Positions 13,869 through 27,677 are shown, numbered from the stretch's first letter. The stretch: 64,000 nucleotides of DNA from Octopus vulgaris (GCA_951406725.2 OX597815.1:159526001-159590000), one strand, 5' to 3'. Notes: generated by a model not told the origin, from the letters alone. Made by a program: numbers and translations.

Positions 13869-16751
13869 GAAAGGCCTTGTAATACTTAGCTGCTTTCATT
13901 TACATTAATTGCTGAATTCTGTTAGGGCTGACTTTGCTTTCCTCCTCCTGGGTCAATAAAATAAGTACCAGTTCTGTATTAGGGTAGTGGATTTATCTGG
14001 TCCTGAGTTGAGTGAGTTACATTCACAATTTGATGATCAAGCTTTCAATTCGCAGACTGGGCTATGCATTGTGTTCTTGAGAGAAACATATTGGTCCAGT
14101 CCACTCAGCTGTAAATAAGTTCCAGCAACTTCTGGGAAGTTAAATTTGCAATGGACTGGCATCCTGTTATAATCTTACTCTTTTATATGTTATAAGGACC
14201 AGATTAAGCTCTGGCCTTATTTGTCCTAGGGCACAAAACAGACTTAAGTATTGGGGGTTGTTGTGGTTCGTTGTAACTTCCTCACAAATTTGTGGTCATA
14301 TGTTGAAGTTAGAAAAAAATCAGTATTATTATTTTGTTTGAAAAGCATTTTCCTTCAATTGATAAAGTACTTCAGCCGTTAAGGATTTAAACTGGCCATA
14401 TCCAGTTCAAATATTCTCTCCATTTAGTGTTCAAACTGGCCAGATCCTACCTTTCACATGTACTGTAAAATAATATCGAACCACATCACTAATATCTTGA
14501 AGCTACAAAATAATGAATGACAGATTTAAAACAATGTGAATAAATAAGCATTAACAAACTAATCCAAAAGCTACAGGGTTAATGTAATTGCCATTGCATT
14601 AGATTTCATTCAGTTAAAATTTCAACTACACCATCATGTAATATGATGCCATATTTCTGCAATTTTTTCTACAGAAATTCTTTTGTAAATTCTATTTATG
14701 AAATAAAACTATTGTGTAACTGCTGATATTTATTTTTTTATAATGCATTATATGGTAATATATCTGCAATGTAAGCACTCATTTTTTTTTTTTTCTGTGG
14801 TAGAATATCTGCAACACATTCTGCCTTTCTGTTTTCATCATCATCATCATTGCTTTAATGTCTATTTTTTTCTGTCTTGGCATGAATTGAATGAGGTTTC
14901 TTGGACTTTATTCTTCTGCTGGATGCTCTTCCTGATACCAATTAAGGTGTCTTTTTCTGCTGGTCTTCCTACATCAAGCTGTTGGGATATAGGATATATT
15001 TTAGGTGGGAAGCATAGACAAGCATCACCACTACCCAAGTGGCACAGACATACATAGACAATGCCCCCCCCTCTCTCAAGCACACACACCAGGCTTCCAT
15101 ATAGTTTCCATCTATAAAATTTCATTCACAAGGCAGTGGACATTTGAAAACTGCAGCAGAAGACACCTGCCCTGAGTTCCACACAGATTAGCTCTTTAGC
15201 ATTTAAACTGGCTACACCTAGCCAAAATATTCCATCTGTTTTATGTTCCAACTGACCAAATCCAGGCTCTCACACATACCCTACAATTTTGCTCTAAAAA
15301 TAAACAATCACATCATCAAAATCTCAAAGATATGAGGTAATGCATGATTAATTCAAAACAATGTGAATAAATAAAGCATTACATTTGAAAGAGTAACCTG
15401 AATTGCAATGTGTTAAACCCTAAATCATTTTGCTGTGAAGCAAACTTCTTACCATTTGTTTACATATGAAATACAGTATTCATCTTCATCATTATCATCA
15501 TTTTAACATCCATTTCTATGCTTGCATGGGTTACAAAGAGTTTAGTAAGGCAAATTTTCTACAGCTGAATGACCTTCCTGTCATCAGTCTTCACCTGTTT
15601 CCAAGCAAGGTAATATTTTCCCCTATGGCCAGTCATGTTTTTGCCAATAATTGGAACGTACACTACTTGTAAAACAGTGACACACATTTAAAACAGTCAC
15701 GGAATGTCAAGAGAAGAAGACACAAACATACACGCACATATTTATGCAACACACACAAACAAAAACATGCACACACGTGCCGTCACAGCCTCACACACAC
15801 ACATACACACACAACCATCCCACACGCACATTCACACACCCAAATACAGCCACATGCATGCACACACACACACTCACAGCCACAGCAACATATACACACA
15901 TACACACATGCCCACACATATTCAGTGGGCTTCTTTCAGTCTTCCATTTTCTGTTTCCCAGATCTACTCATAAGGCTTTGGTCAGCCTGGGACTATAGTA
16001 GCAGGCACTTGCCCAAGGTACCACACAGTGGGACAGAACCCAAAATTGTGTGGTTGGGAAGCAAACATCTCATATATACAGCCACACCAGCACCTACTAT
16101 CTTTCAATAACTAAATGTCTAATTCAAACACTGTTGTAAAAGTTGCCTTGGAATATTCAGAGTCGAGGGTTAATCAGGTGTTTTGGATGTACAAAAATCC
16201 AAAACAATAGTTTCTTTTATTTAACGAGACCGGTAACACTTTGTAGCCATTTATTCTGAAGTGGTTTTAGTAGCTTTATTGAAATTCTTTCACAAGGTTA
16301 ACATGATTACTTATTATAAATGAAATTAATAAATGTAATTATTAATTCCCGATTAGATCGTAAACAATTACGAGTTGAGAATTGCTGCTAGTTACTATAG
16401 ATATATTTGAAATTTTCTTTCATTTCCTGCCAGTAGACAATCTTTATTAATGAAAGCCGGTGACATTTGTAATTATTTAATACGGAATGATAAAATTAGA
16501 TATTAAAAGATGTATGAGCTGTTCAAGCTCTTATGTTTTATATTCTTGTGTGTGTGTACACACATACATACAAAATTACATATATATATATATATATATA
16601 TACACATACATATATATGTATGTATACATACATATATATATATATATTGATAAAAATGGTAAGACAACAAAAGAATGAAAGAGACCTTGATATTATGTAA
16701 ATAGAGGAATTTATCTGTAAATTTAATATGTGACAATAATTCAGTAGCCAT

Positions 16752-16812
16752 GATAAAACTCCGAGTTTCGGATGCCGAGGTGAAAATCCACGCTGCCATC
16801 TCTTCAGTTATC
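16752..16812 (-). ncRNA. Type I hammerhead motif in a Penelope-like fragment (~16650-16850)
   Basis: GAUAA-CUGAAGA-GAUG[22]CAUC-C-GAAA-CUCGGAG-UU/UUAUC, next to a (TA)n tract. Confidence 0.7.
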
Positions 16813-17169
16813 CGGCCATTGGAAAAATGCCGTGAAAATGGGGTCATTTTCATAGCATTTGCATGGATTGGAAAGAGTTTAGTAAGGCAGATTTTCTACA
16901 GCTGAATGCCCTTCCTGTCACCAATATTCACCTGGTTCCAAGCAAGGTAATATTTTCCCCTATGGCCAGACATGTTTTTGCCAATAATTGGAACTTACAC
17001 TACTTGTAAAGCAGTGCCACTCATTTAGAACTGTCACAGAACGTCAAGAAAAGGAGACACAAACATACACACATATATTTATGCAACACACACAAACACA
17101 CATGCACACACATGATGTCACAGCCATATACACACACATGCTATGAAATGACACATACATATATATACT

Positions 17170-17211
<42 letters not shown>

Positions 17212-18289
17212 CCTACATACACATACAGAAGCACATATATATATACGTATACACACACACATATATATACACATACATACACGTGTGTGTGTGTATGAAT
17301 GTATGTATGTATGTATATATCTACACACATATACACTCATAAGTATATTCATATTCTTAGAAGTACACACTCTTCAGAATCTGTAAAGGATCTCAGAGTT
17401 ATATAAAGTAACTAGTCTCTGTCGAGACAGGGTCTCTCTTATATATAACTTCACTTGATTTAATAGTTTGACATAACATTTTATAAGTCTGCAACACAAT
17501 TGAAATTCAATAAAATAATCTGTAGCAGTTTCAGAATTGAGTGGGGAAATACTATAAAATAACATATGCTAGAGCAAAGTTTTAGTTATGCAGTTAGTAT
17601 ATGTTCTTGAAATATGAAGGCTACATTTTATGTAGATATGAACATATAAATCATGTTAAAATTGAAATATTCTGGACTATTATTTGAAATGTTTATGTCT
17701 CCAATATATTATTCTTGCTTGTGTACATGATCTCAGACATATATATATAAATATATTTATATATGTATTAATAAGACACCTGCCAACGATGGGAGAGGGA
17801 AATATAGTCTATAGTCTAGATGAAAATATTGTAAATATACATCCAAAAAATGTTATTAAATATACTGGGATGTGGAATTATAAATCTTAATACTTACAAG
17901 TCATATCATATTCAATACTTATGAGTTGTATCAACCGTTTAATCGAAACCACATATTTAGAAATGTTCTGCGTCTTTTTTGGAATTTATTATTTTGTTAT
18001 GGCAATATTCATTTGTTCAACATTTAGTTTTTCCATGCTAGCATGGCTTGGACCAGAATTGATTTCGAGGCTAGATTTTTGCATCTGGATGCTCTTCTTG
18101 TCACTGACCCTTATTTCTTAAGTGAGGAATATATTATTCCACAAGCCTTTGAAAGAATAGTGTCACTAGTCATAATATCAACAAAAAATTTAAGCTCAAC
18201 TCGCACCATGACCTGGTGTTGCCAGGTCTAGTGCTAGTGCTTGTTGTTTGTTGCCAGGTCGCAGTAAAAATTTCTCACTATGTCAAAAG

Positions 18290-18605
18290 CTAAGTTTCTT
18301 ATCACATTTCAGCCTGGGCCAGTTTTGTTGTTTATGATCTAGTTGGAGCTTTTTATGAGAGTAATTAATATTCATTGGACTTCGACAATGCCCATATGCC
18401 CATAACTTATGGGCATAAGGGGTCGGTTTATCGATTTTTTTTTTAATGGCTTTCTGGGGTGACTGGGGAAATGAAAAGATCTTCACGACCACCCTCAGAC
18501 AGTTTTGAAAGCCCATAAAAAATGTGAGCCTTTTACGTGAAAAACTGGATTTGTATAAAGGACACACAGATACACAGACTTTTTGCCGTTTATAGATCTA
18601 GAGAT
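18290..18605 (-). mobile_element. Probable Helitron 5' fragment (second family)
   Basis: The minus strand begins ATCTCTAGATCTATAAACGGCAAAAGTCTGTGT, a Helitron-like TC start. The 3' end could not be located. Confidence 0.45.
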
Positions 18606-21088
18606 ATCATTTTACTCAAGCAAAACCATGAGATGTCAACATTATTGTACACTGACACACACACACACACAAACATGCACACACACACATATGCATATAC
18701 ATACACACTCTCACTCACTCAGACACACAATAGACTTCTTGCTGTTTGCATCTACCAAATTTATGCACAAGACATTAGTAGACCTGGTGCTATAGAAGAA
18801 AACATTTGCCCATCATGCTGTACAGTGGAACTGAACCCCAAACTACATTGTTGCAAAGCAAATTCCTTGACCATGCAATTACAGTTGTGGACAGCAGACA
18901 TAATCTGGTTGAATTAAGAGTTGGGGAAGAAAAGATGTGTATTGCTGAAAGTCAAATGTCCAGCTGAATGAGCAGGAAACTAGGAAAACGAATACTGATA
19001 GACCATCAGTTATGACAGTTCGTATTCCAGTTTATCCGATCAATGGAACAACCTGCACATTAAAATGAATGTGCAAGTGACTAAGTTCTCCACTGATATG
19101 CATGCCCTCAACCCACTTCTCAAAGAGATTCAGTGTGACAGAAAATATGACAAAGTTGGCCCTTTGAAACACAGGTACTATTCATTTTTGTCATCTGAGT
19201 GAACTGGAGCAACATGAAATAAAGAGTCTTGCCCAAGAGACATGACACACCACTAGGAATTGAACTAGCGATCTTATGACCATGAGCCAAAAAACCTCGT
19301 CACTAAACCATGTGCATTCACTGAGAAAAGAACAAGACAGGAGTATAATTTTTTGTAGGAATTGTAACTATGGCTTATTCAAAGGAGGTTGCGTAGCACC
19401 TATGACTTTGGAGGATCTCAGAAGTGGATGGCTATCAGAAGATGAAACTACAGTTTTGAGATACTTAGAATCACTATATCAGTTATTGTAATTAGCTTAG
19501 CTGAAGACATATGGTTACAAGTGGGTATTGTAGCTTATGTGGGGTCAGGAACTTGTATCTTTCATGAACTATAGCACTCAAGGGAAGTAACTGCAGGAAG
19601 CAGCTCAAGATAGCAAGTTTTCTTCAAAGCAGAGACCTCACCTGAATGCTTGCATCAGAGTAGACTCTGTTAAAGGCACCCACAGGCCAAGTGGTGCTCT
19701 TAAACCAGAACTGGAATACAACTTCATAAATGTGAATTTCCATATGTATATTATTAAATATGTTACACTTTTATATTTTTTTTATATGTTGATATTCTGA
19801 ATAAATACATATTCATCATTTAACTCAGCTCTGATCTAACAGATCCATAATATGATGTGTTCTAGTCATGACTATCTCATTTTTAGTTTATAGACACTGT
19901 ATATAGAACTATGTTTTCTAATGTGTGCTTTATTGAAGACTGAAGGGTGTGAACTGAAGGAGAATTAACTGCTATTTCTAGGTCATGGGTGACTGCATTG
20001 AATAATTTTGTTTTGGCTTTCTTGATAGGAAGATACCTGGCTTTTACAGAAAATAGAAAAGAATGAATTGAGGCTACATAGGATACAAAGAGTTCTTTCA
20101 TTTTCTTAGAGACAACAATCTCTTGTACCTGTGGCTTGATAAAATCCATATTGTCCACCTCTCCCTTACTGTTATGTTGTTGTTTGTAGAAAGGGTATCA
20201 AGAAAGAAAAAAATGGGGTCTCTTTAATCTTGTTTGAGACATCCCTTCTAATGCTGGTAGCAAGGTAAAATTCACCCAGGCTACATTGTAAAGTGGTTGG
20301 TAAAATAGGTATTTTTAAAAATAAAGAAATGGTAATATGAAGAGCATCCAGCTGCAAAAAGCATTTTTTAAAATGCAAAGAACAGAGAAAGGTGAGGAGA
20401 TTCTCAAGGCATGTTTGAGATGACTTTTCAATGCAACAAAGATGCTGGTTTTCTCTGTGACCATGTGCACCAGGTAACAAAGGATCATGACCAGTGATGA
20501 GATACTGTAAAGTCTGTTCAGCATGGGTAAACGGACATTAGTGATGATTTATTTTATCTGTTTCAGACATTATCTTTGCTTAGTACACAAATGCTCATTT
20601 GCCGTTAAATGAACAGAATGAAATGTACTGCAATTAAATCCAGTCAGTTTAGGTTTTTTTTTATATGTGTATCGGCATTGGTGGATGCCTACAGTCTTAT
20701 GGTGACGGTGGTGGCTAACTTGGTCTGAAATTTGATTTTCTTAAGGAGAAATTTGGAGATTATATGTAATAAAGAACTCATAAGAAGAGGTTTATGGAAA
20801 ACATCATGAAAGATTTCAGTTACAAGTTTTACTATGTTGTTCTGAATCTTTTCATGGCAGCAATTAAGACAGGATGTACTTCTATCAACTGCAGCACCTT
20901 TTTATATTCAGGTGACACAGTCACAAGGCTACTGCAATTAAAAAAAAATTTTTTTTGCATTACACATTACAGGTTTATTAATTAAAAGTTGTTTGAGGTA
21001 CTGCCCATGTATCCCCTTCTTCAACCTAGCTGCTCATCATTCAAATCTTGTTGAACTCTTAGTAGTGAAACAAATTGGTTAAAACAGC

Positions 21089-21310
21089 TTTACTCTTTAC
21101 TCGTTTACTTGTTTCAGTCATTTGACTGCAGCCATGCTGGAGCACCGCCTTTTAATCGAGCAACTCAACCCCGGGACTTATTCTTTTGTAAGCCCAGTAC
21201 TTATTCTATTGGTCTCTTTTGCCGAACCGCTAAGTAACGGGGACATAAACACACCAGCATCAGTTGTCAAGCAATGCTAGGGGACAAACACAGACACACA
21301 AACACACACA

Positions 21311-21355
<45 letters not shown>

Positions 21356-21517
21356 GATGGGCTTCTTTCAGTTTCCGTCTACCAAATCCACTCACAAGGC
21401 TTTGGTCGGCCCGAGGCTATAGTAGAAGACACTTGCCCAAGGTGCCACGCAGTGGGACTGAACCCAGAACCATGTGGTTGGTAGACAAGCTACTTACCAC
21501 ACAGCCACTCCTGCGCC
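21089..21517 (-). mobile_element. tRNA-derived SINE family A, full length and young, with internal (TA)n/(CA)n. Further copies near 1845-2010(-), 2495-2960(+), 3550-3710(+), 13481-13835(+), 15925-16097(-), 31166-31455(+), 33338-33792(-), 34378-34530(+), 40640-41025(-), 52030-52410(-), 58320-58675(-), 61820-62270(+)
   Basis: Head ggcgcaggagtggctgtgtggtaag...gggttcagtccc (Pol III A/B-box-like), a body repeated more than 12 times in the window, and a (gagtaaa)n tail. Confidence 0.9.
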
Positions 21518-22142
21518 TATGTAAAATATATACATAATTTCTAAGAAAGATAAAGAAGCCCAATATTTTCCACCATGTCAGTGATTTCATTCTTAGCTGC
21601 AAGATTTATCTATGTTATCGCAAGCTAATCTCATCATCATCCTTCAACATCTGTTTTCCATACTGGCTTGGATTGGACAGTTTGATCAGAGCTGGCTAGC
21701 AATAGAGCTGCACTAGGCACCAGTCTGATTTGGCTTGGTTTTTGTGGCTGGAAACCCTTCCTGAAGCAAACCATTTTACAGTGTGTACTGGGTGCTTTTA
21801 ACATGGCATATGTTAATATTATGCTTTACATAGTTATTTCAAATATACATATGAGTGTAATTCTGTAGAATATTAACATTTTGAACCAGTATTCAGTTAT
21901 TAAGTCTTTTCCTTGAGCTCTTCAATTATGTGGCTTTCCTCACTTTTAGCAAAAATTTTGGAGTTGATAGTGTATATATTATCATTGATACTGGTATATT
22001 TATTCTTTCCTATAGGTATTCAACCATGATGCATATTATCACCTTCCTTCTTTCCTTTCCAGATCTTAGACTAGAATTATATAAGAGCTTGAGAATGAAC
22101 TACTTCTGTGGTGATATTATACTCTGTTATCCCTCTGCTTAA

Positions 22143-22364
22143 CCCTTTAGCATTCAGATTATTCTGTCAATTGTAATGCTTATTAACTTATATTGTTTTG
22201 AATTAAAAATGCATTTTCATGTAGCTTCAAGATTTCGATGATGCAATTGTTTATTTGTAAGAATGACATTATAGGGGTCTGTGTGAGAGGTTGGATCTGG
22301 CCAATTTGAACATAAAACAAGTAGAACATTTCAGCTGGATATGGCCGGTTTAAATGCTAAAGGG
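22143..22364 (+). mobile_element. About 220-bp TTAA MITE (piggyBac-like). Other copies at 4841-5038, 7321-7532, ~14380-14578, ~15190-15415, ~25793-25890, 33125-33803, 51784-52003
   Basis: TTAA-CCCTTTAGCATT ... AATGCTAAAGGG-TTAA termini with a conserved internal sequence among copies. Confidence 0.88.
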
Positions 22365-23125
22365 TTAAAGTATATAGATTAGAAGAAGATCTGTGGTTAA
22401 CATCGTTTATAGAAATACTTTTTTGTTTGTTTTTTTTTTTTGTTTTTTTTTTTGACCTGATAAATTTTTTCTTTTATTCAACAACTTAGGTTCACATCTT
22501 TGAAGTTATTAATTCCCCTTCAAGAGATCACAAGTGTAAAATCTCATAAGATTTTTGTCAGTTTTTGCTTCATAAAATGTAGTTTAAAGAGCAGTGAATT
22601 TATTATTCACCTTACACCTTATGATGGTATATAAATGTCTGTTTATGTTATGTTGATTCATAATTTGATTTATTTCTCATCACAAACATCAAACTAACGT
22701 AGGACATTTAATTATGTTGGACGCTTATAGAACAGATGTTCTTGCTAGTGCTAAGTGATTACCAGATTATCTTGGCAAGATTAAAATAGTATATAATGTG
22801 TTGAGTCAAAAGCTCTGCAATATTTTGGTAACTTATATGCTTTATTTGTCATTTTACAACAAAAGCAGCCTAGCATTTGAAGTTGAGGGCATTGTGTTTC
22901 ACTATCTGAAGCCACCATTCTGCTAGTTCTTTGATCCTATTTTGAAACCAGTTTTTGTCTTTTGAGGTGAAGAATTCCTTCACTGAAGCTCCCACCTCCT
23001 CTTGGTTGATGAAGCATCTTCAGCACAGGAAGTGAGCCATGGATCAGAGCAAGTAACAATCTGCAAAACTTTTGACTTAAACACTATAGTCAAATAGCAA
23101 AGACAGCTTACAATATCTAGTTTAA

Positions 23126-23767
23126 CCCTTTTGTTACTATATTTCTATGTAAAACACACCCCTTATAAGTTTCAATTAAATTCTAAAGTCATCACAAATT
23201 TAGACTGGTTTCATTAAACACCTGTAGCTATTTTATTTATCGACATATTAATGTGATTTTTGGAACACAATTGAAGAAAAGTTTCTTAATCAGTTCTGTT
23301 GCATAAATTTGGTCTCAAAGTGACTCTAATTACAGGTAAATACATGAAAACCACAAGTTATCTTTTTTCTTGGTTTGATTACTTTCTGCGTTACAGTTTG
23401 TTTCCATAGTGATTACTTCAAGCAAGCTTACAAGCTTACATTTGTTTGATTTCTCCATATCTTCCGTTGAAAAGGCTTCAAATTCAGAATCACTGCTTGA
23501 CAGCATGATACTGTTATCCATTTTAAAAGTTGAGAAAAAAATCTCCCTAAATTTGCACAGCTCAGATATCACATGAAAAACAGTGTCAGATACTGTAACT
23601 CGACTATTTACAAAATGAAATCGTGTGTTTTCATGAATGTACTAACAAGATTTATACTGAAATTCACTTTTAAGTATCAATGGGTTCACTCAGTCAGCTT
23701 TGACCGGGTTGGTTGTTTGAGCCAAATCATTTTTCAGTCAACTGTAGCCAGGCTGGAAATGAAAGGG
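23126..23767. mobile_element. Second TTAA-flanked piggyBac-like non-autonomous element; shorter relatives near 46360-46550 and 48378-48606
   Basis: TTAA-CCCTTT ... AAAGGG-TTAA termini. The minus strand carries an acidic MDNSIMLSSSDSEFEAFS remnant. Confidence 0.6.
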
Positions 23768-23771
23768 TTAA

Positions 23772-23971
23772 GAAGTTCCTGGCTTTGGGTAAAAGAAAAT
23801 ACAGGTGGATCATCAGTTACAATTTTATTCAACGTATTACCCTTTCAGATTCACACACTTACTGCAGCAGTCCTTCAGTTTTATCTAAGCCCTGTAAAAG
23901 AACTCAGTTGGATCTCTAACCAGGCTTTTGTGTGATACTCTTAAAGCCAGGAACTTTTCAGCTCCCCTTCA
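23772..23971. mobile_element. Mariner-derived MITE with truncated left TIR
   Basis: aagttcctggcttt at the left is the reverse complement of aaagccaggaactt at the right, followed by TA. Confidence 0.55.
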
Positions 23972-24150
23972 TAGTTGGTTGATTGATATATTTTATGAGT
24001 TTTTTTCTTTTTTTTTGCTTTTTTTCTGTCTCAGATCAATGATTTCATTGTCTGACAGCTTTTATTTCATTGTTGTTACTAAAATAGAATAAAAGGTAAA
24101 AACATGAAGCTAATTCATATGTGAATTCATTAGTGTATTGTGCATATGTG

Positions 24151-24182
<32 letters not shown>

Positions 24183-24238
24183 TATATGTGTATTTGTGTT
24201 TGGGCACATTGATGGTATTTAATGTTCATCTTTTTCAG

Positions 24239-24436
24239 ATTACTGCAAGTCCTAAAGATATCAATGTCTTACCTCAATACAATAAGGACCCTCGGGTTGT
24301 CCAGAATCTTATCGATGGAGTGAATCGCACAAGAGATGATGTACACATGTGGCTGACCCCATTTACTGCTGGAAGTGATCACTATGTGACCTTGACTTTT
24401 ACAGAACCATGTCATATCGCTCTAATTCGGATATGG
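24239..24436 (+). CDS. KATNIP: KATNIP exon B (ITASPKDINVLPQYNKDPRVVQNLIDGVNRTRDDVHMWLTPF...CHIALIRIW)
   Basis: tttttcag acceptor, gtgagt donor, 198 nt, phase 0-0. DPRVVxNLIDGVNRTxDDxHxWL and ALIRIW are hallmark KIAA0556 motifs. Confidence 0.95.
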
Positions 24437-25021
24437 GTGAGTTAATTTGTCTCAAACAAGACACACTTTTAATCTATTTTGTCTTTCATCTTTTATTTGT
24501 TTCAGTCATTAGAATGTGGCCCATTCTGGGGCATTGCCTTGAAAAATTTTATCAATCCCAGTGTTATTTGTTTTGGTTTTAAAGGCTAGTGCTTATTTTA
24601 GCCGTCTCTTTTACTGATCCACCAAGGTATAGAGATGTAAACAAATCAGCACAAGCTGTCAAGCTTTGGTGGTATGTCTGGGTTAGACACACACACACAT
24701 AGAGCGTTAGGCTCAGAATGATGTCGTAGTGAGTTCGATTCCCAGATTGGGCTGTGTGTTGTGTTGTTGAGCATGACTCTTTATTTCATGTTGCTCCAGT
24801 TCACTCATCTGTAGAAGTGAGTTGCAACATCACTGGTGCCAAGTTGTATCAACCTTTCCCCATCCCTTAAATAATATCAGTGGCATGGAGAGGGGATGCT
24901 GGTATGCATGGGAAGATGTTGATCTTCTATAAACAACCTTGCGTGGACTTGTGCCTCAGAGGGTAACTTTCTAGGTGCAATCCCATGGTCATTCATGACC
25001 GAAGGGTATCTTTACCCTTTG

Positions 25022-25055
<34 letters not shown>

Positions 25056-25196
25056 CATAAATGAGGGCAAAGGAAAAATTTCTAATGCCAAATATGCCGA
25101 AAAATTGGACATATTGTCCATTAACCATATAATTTTTTCACAATATGCACGCTACTCGAAAAAAGGCTGACAGAAATTTTTGAAAAATTCCACTAT

Positions 25197-25254
25197 TACC
25201 ATATCGGACCGATTTCAGAGTTAGCTACTAAGAGCCCTCTCTTCGTCAGTGATA
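25197..25254 (-). ncRNA. Type I hammerhead ribozyme (copy 1)
   Basis: UAUCA-CUGACGA-AGAG[18 nt]CUCU-GAAA-UCGGUCCGA-UA/UGGUA. The core is complete and stems I, II and III all pair; stem III is nearly palindromic. Confidence 0.85.
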
Positions 25255-25699
25255 CATGTGGTAAAAGAAATAAATGAGATACCTACTCACACCCATGGAA
25301 GAAGCAAATACTAAGTCATGGGCACGACTAAGTACCCCAAATACATCCAAAATAGAAATACTCCAGCCCATTCGAGGCACGTGCGATTTGAACTGAGGCT
25401 CTCACAGAGTGAGTTAGTTAGTTCGGAAGTGAACGCTTAAATTTATATCAAATGTGAGGATAAAATTCCTTTCGAAAAAAAAAATATTTTCTCGAAAAAA
25501 ATTTTATCAATGGCCAGCATATTAAAAAACACCTTTAACGGTTAAATTTATAAACAATTCATAAATGAGGGCAAAGGAAAAATTTCTAATGCCAAATATG
25601 CCGAAAAATTGGACATATGGCCATTAACCATATAATTTTTTCACAATACGCACGCTACTCGAAAAAAGGCTGACAGAAATTTTTGAAAAATTCCATTAT

Positions 25700-25757
25700 T
25701 ACCATATCGGACCGATTTCAGAGTTAGCTACTAAGAGCCCTCTCTTCGTCAGTGATA
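25700..25757 (-). ncRNA. Type I hammerhead ribozyme (copy 2, identical)
   Basis: Same sequence as 25197-25254, offset by 503 nt. Confidence 0.85.
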
Positions 25758-27539
25758 CATGTGGTAAAAGAAATAAATGAGACACCTACTCATCAAAATC
25801 TCACAACTATGAAATAATGCATGATTTATTTAAAACAATGTGAATAAAAAAGCATTACATTTGACAGAGTGATCTGAATGCTAAAGAACTGAAGAAATAT
25901 CTAGCTTGAGTTGTTATCCATTCTGACATAGTTTCTTAATTATGATTGCCATGAACTGTCAAAAATGTTCTGAGTAAAGGACAATCTCAGAGCCAGAAGA
26001 TTTCCCTTTGTATTGAATGGTAATGTCCATAAATTTCCTCTTGTCAGACAGTACTGGTTTCTTTTTCCCTGCTTTACTATGTAAAACTGTATTCACAATC
26101 ACTTCATTAATCACAACATTAAATTCACCTTCATCAATTTCAAGGCATTCCTAAACACACTTACAAAGGTGTGTGCTGAAAGTCATTTGCTTCAAATCCT
26201 TCAAAATCCAAATCTGTTTTAATGCTATACAATATATTATTTTAATCATTTGTTCTTTAAACTAAGGCTTTGCCACATTTTATGTTCTGTGGCAAATATA
26301 GGAAATGACTTTATATATTCTCTGAACTTATTCTGACCTTCTCAGCAAAATACAGCCATCCTCTAATTTCAGAAATAGAGATGAATTCTTTGCAACAAAA
26401 ATAATTCAAAGCCATCATCCACATAAAAAAAAAAATTAAGTTAGCATCAATATATTTAATGCATTCAGTATTAAATAACCTAATTAGAATTAATTATGTA
26501 GTGCCAAAAAAGACTTTTTTGGGATATTAATTTCATGGGAGACAACTTCTGATATGTTTCACTACTATTCTGACCTTGTCAGTGACATATACCCTTCCTG
26601 TACTTTCCAAAGTTGTGAATAAATAAATAATTAAATACACAAAATTGGACATCTATTGGACTAGTAAAATATTAAATAAGTTCCCTTAACATGAAAATTT
26701 TGTCTTCTATACACACGTCCATATTCACACAGAGACACATATATGCTGTTTCTTTTATTTTCATTGTGAAGAATATGTCAAAATTAAATCAACTATACCC
26801 CTCCATTACAAATCTATGATCTTTTTCGCAATGTTAGAAATCAATATTCTATGTGGCTGTGTATCTGTACATGTGTGTGTGTGTGTGTGTCTATATATAT
26901 ATACACAAATAGTCAGTATAGGAAAATGTTAATATTTGCATCACCTTAAAACTTTAAATGCTTCACAACGTGAATGTATTTTCCATAATCAGATTTTAAC
27001 AGCTGCAAATCAAAGAAAGAGACTGAGTTGTAATAATTATATTATGGGAATTGTGCTTTTTTTTTAAATTTTTGCTGTTATTGTAGTTGTTGTTTTTACA
27101 GTTTATATTTGTATGAAGATGTCAGAAATGCATCACAGCTAAATACATAATGTATGAATGTGTATAAAATATAAAAGCTTTATCAGCTGTTTGCTTCATT
27201 TATTGAAATGAAAACAGAAATCAGTTTATATACGAAGCCAATTAAATGTTTTATATTTAATGAAGGCTCGACTTACTGAATCTATTATCTACTGAATGAA
27301 TTTTACATCCTTTCATCACCATATTTTCTAACAATCTAATGTGTATGTGTATCTTTAACAAATCCATGAAAGTATGAGAAATAATAACTAAATAATGACT
27401 GTATGAGATGAAGAAACAGCAACTTTATTTTATATTAATTTATTCTGTTTCATTGTTGCTGTTGTTTTGCTCCTCCTCCAACTTCCATTGTTCCAAAGCC
27501 GAAAGCTTGTCACGGATTTTTTTACTTTCTCTTTTTCAG

Positions 27540-27677
27540 AATTACAACAAATCCCGCATTCATTCTTTCCGTGGTGCACGCGAGGTTGATATTTTATTAG
27601 ACAGACGACTTATATTCTCCGGTGAAATTGCTAGAGCATGTGGCGGCGTAGAAGGAGGGACAGAGGCTTTTGGGGAT
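27540..27677 (+). CDS. KATNIP: KATNIP exon C (NYNKSRIHSFRGAREVDILLDRRLIFSGEIARACGGVEGGTEAFGD)
   Basis: ctttttcag acceptor, gtaagt donor, 138 nt, phase 0-0. It completes the IRIW|NYNKSRIHSFRG motif. Confidence 0.95.

Larger units (their letters stand above)
25052..25792 (-). mobile_element. Non-coding Penelope-like/retrozyme-like element: direct repeats 25052-25289 and 25556-25792, period 503-504 bp
   Basis: The two ~238-bp repeats differ at only about 5 positions and each contains a hammerhead. The element abuts (TA)n and has no ORF. Confidence 0.85.

Noticed and set aside
25052-25792. LTR retrotransposon/TRIM interpretation of the direct repeats
   Set aside because: There are no TG...CA ends, primer-binding site, polypurine tract or TSD. 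The hammerheads and (TA)n junction fit a Penelope/retrozyme element instead.
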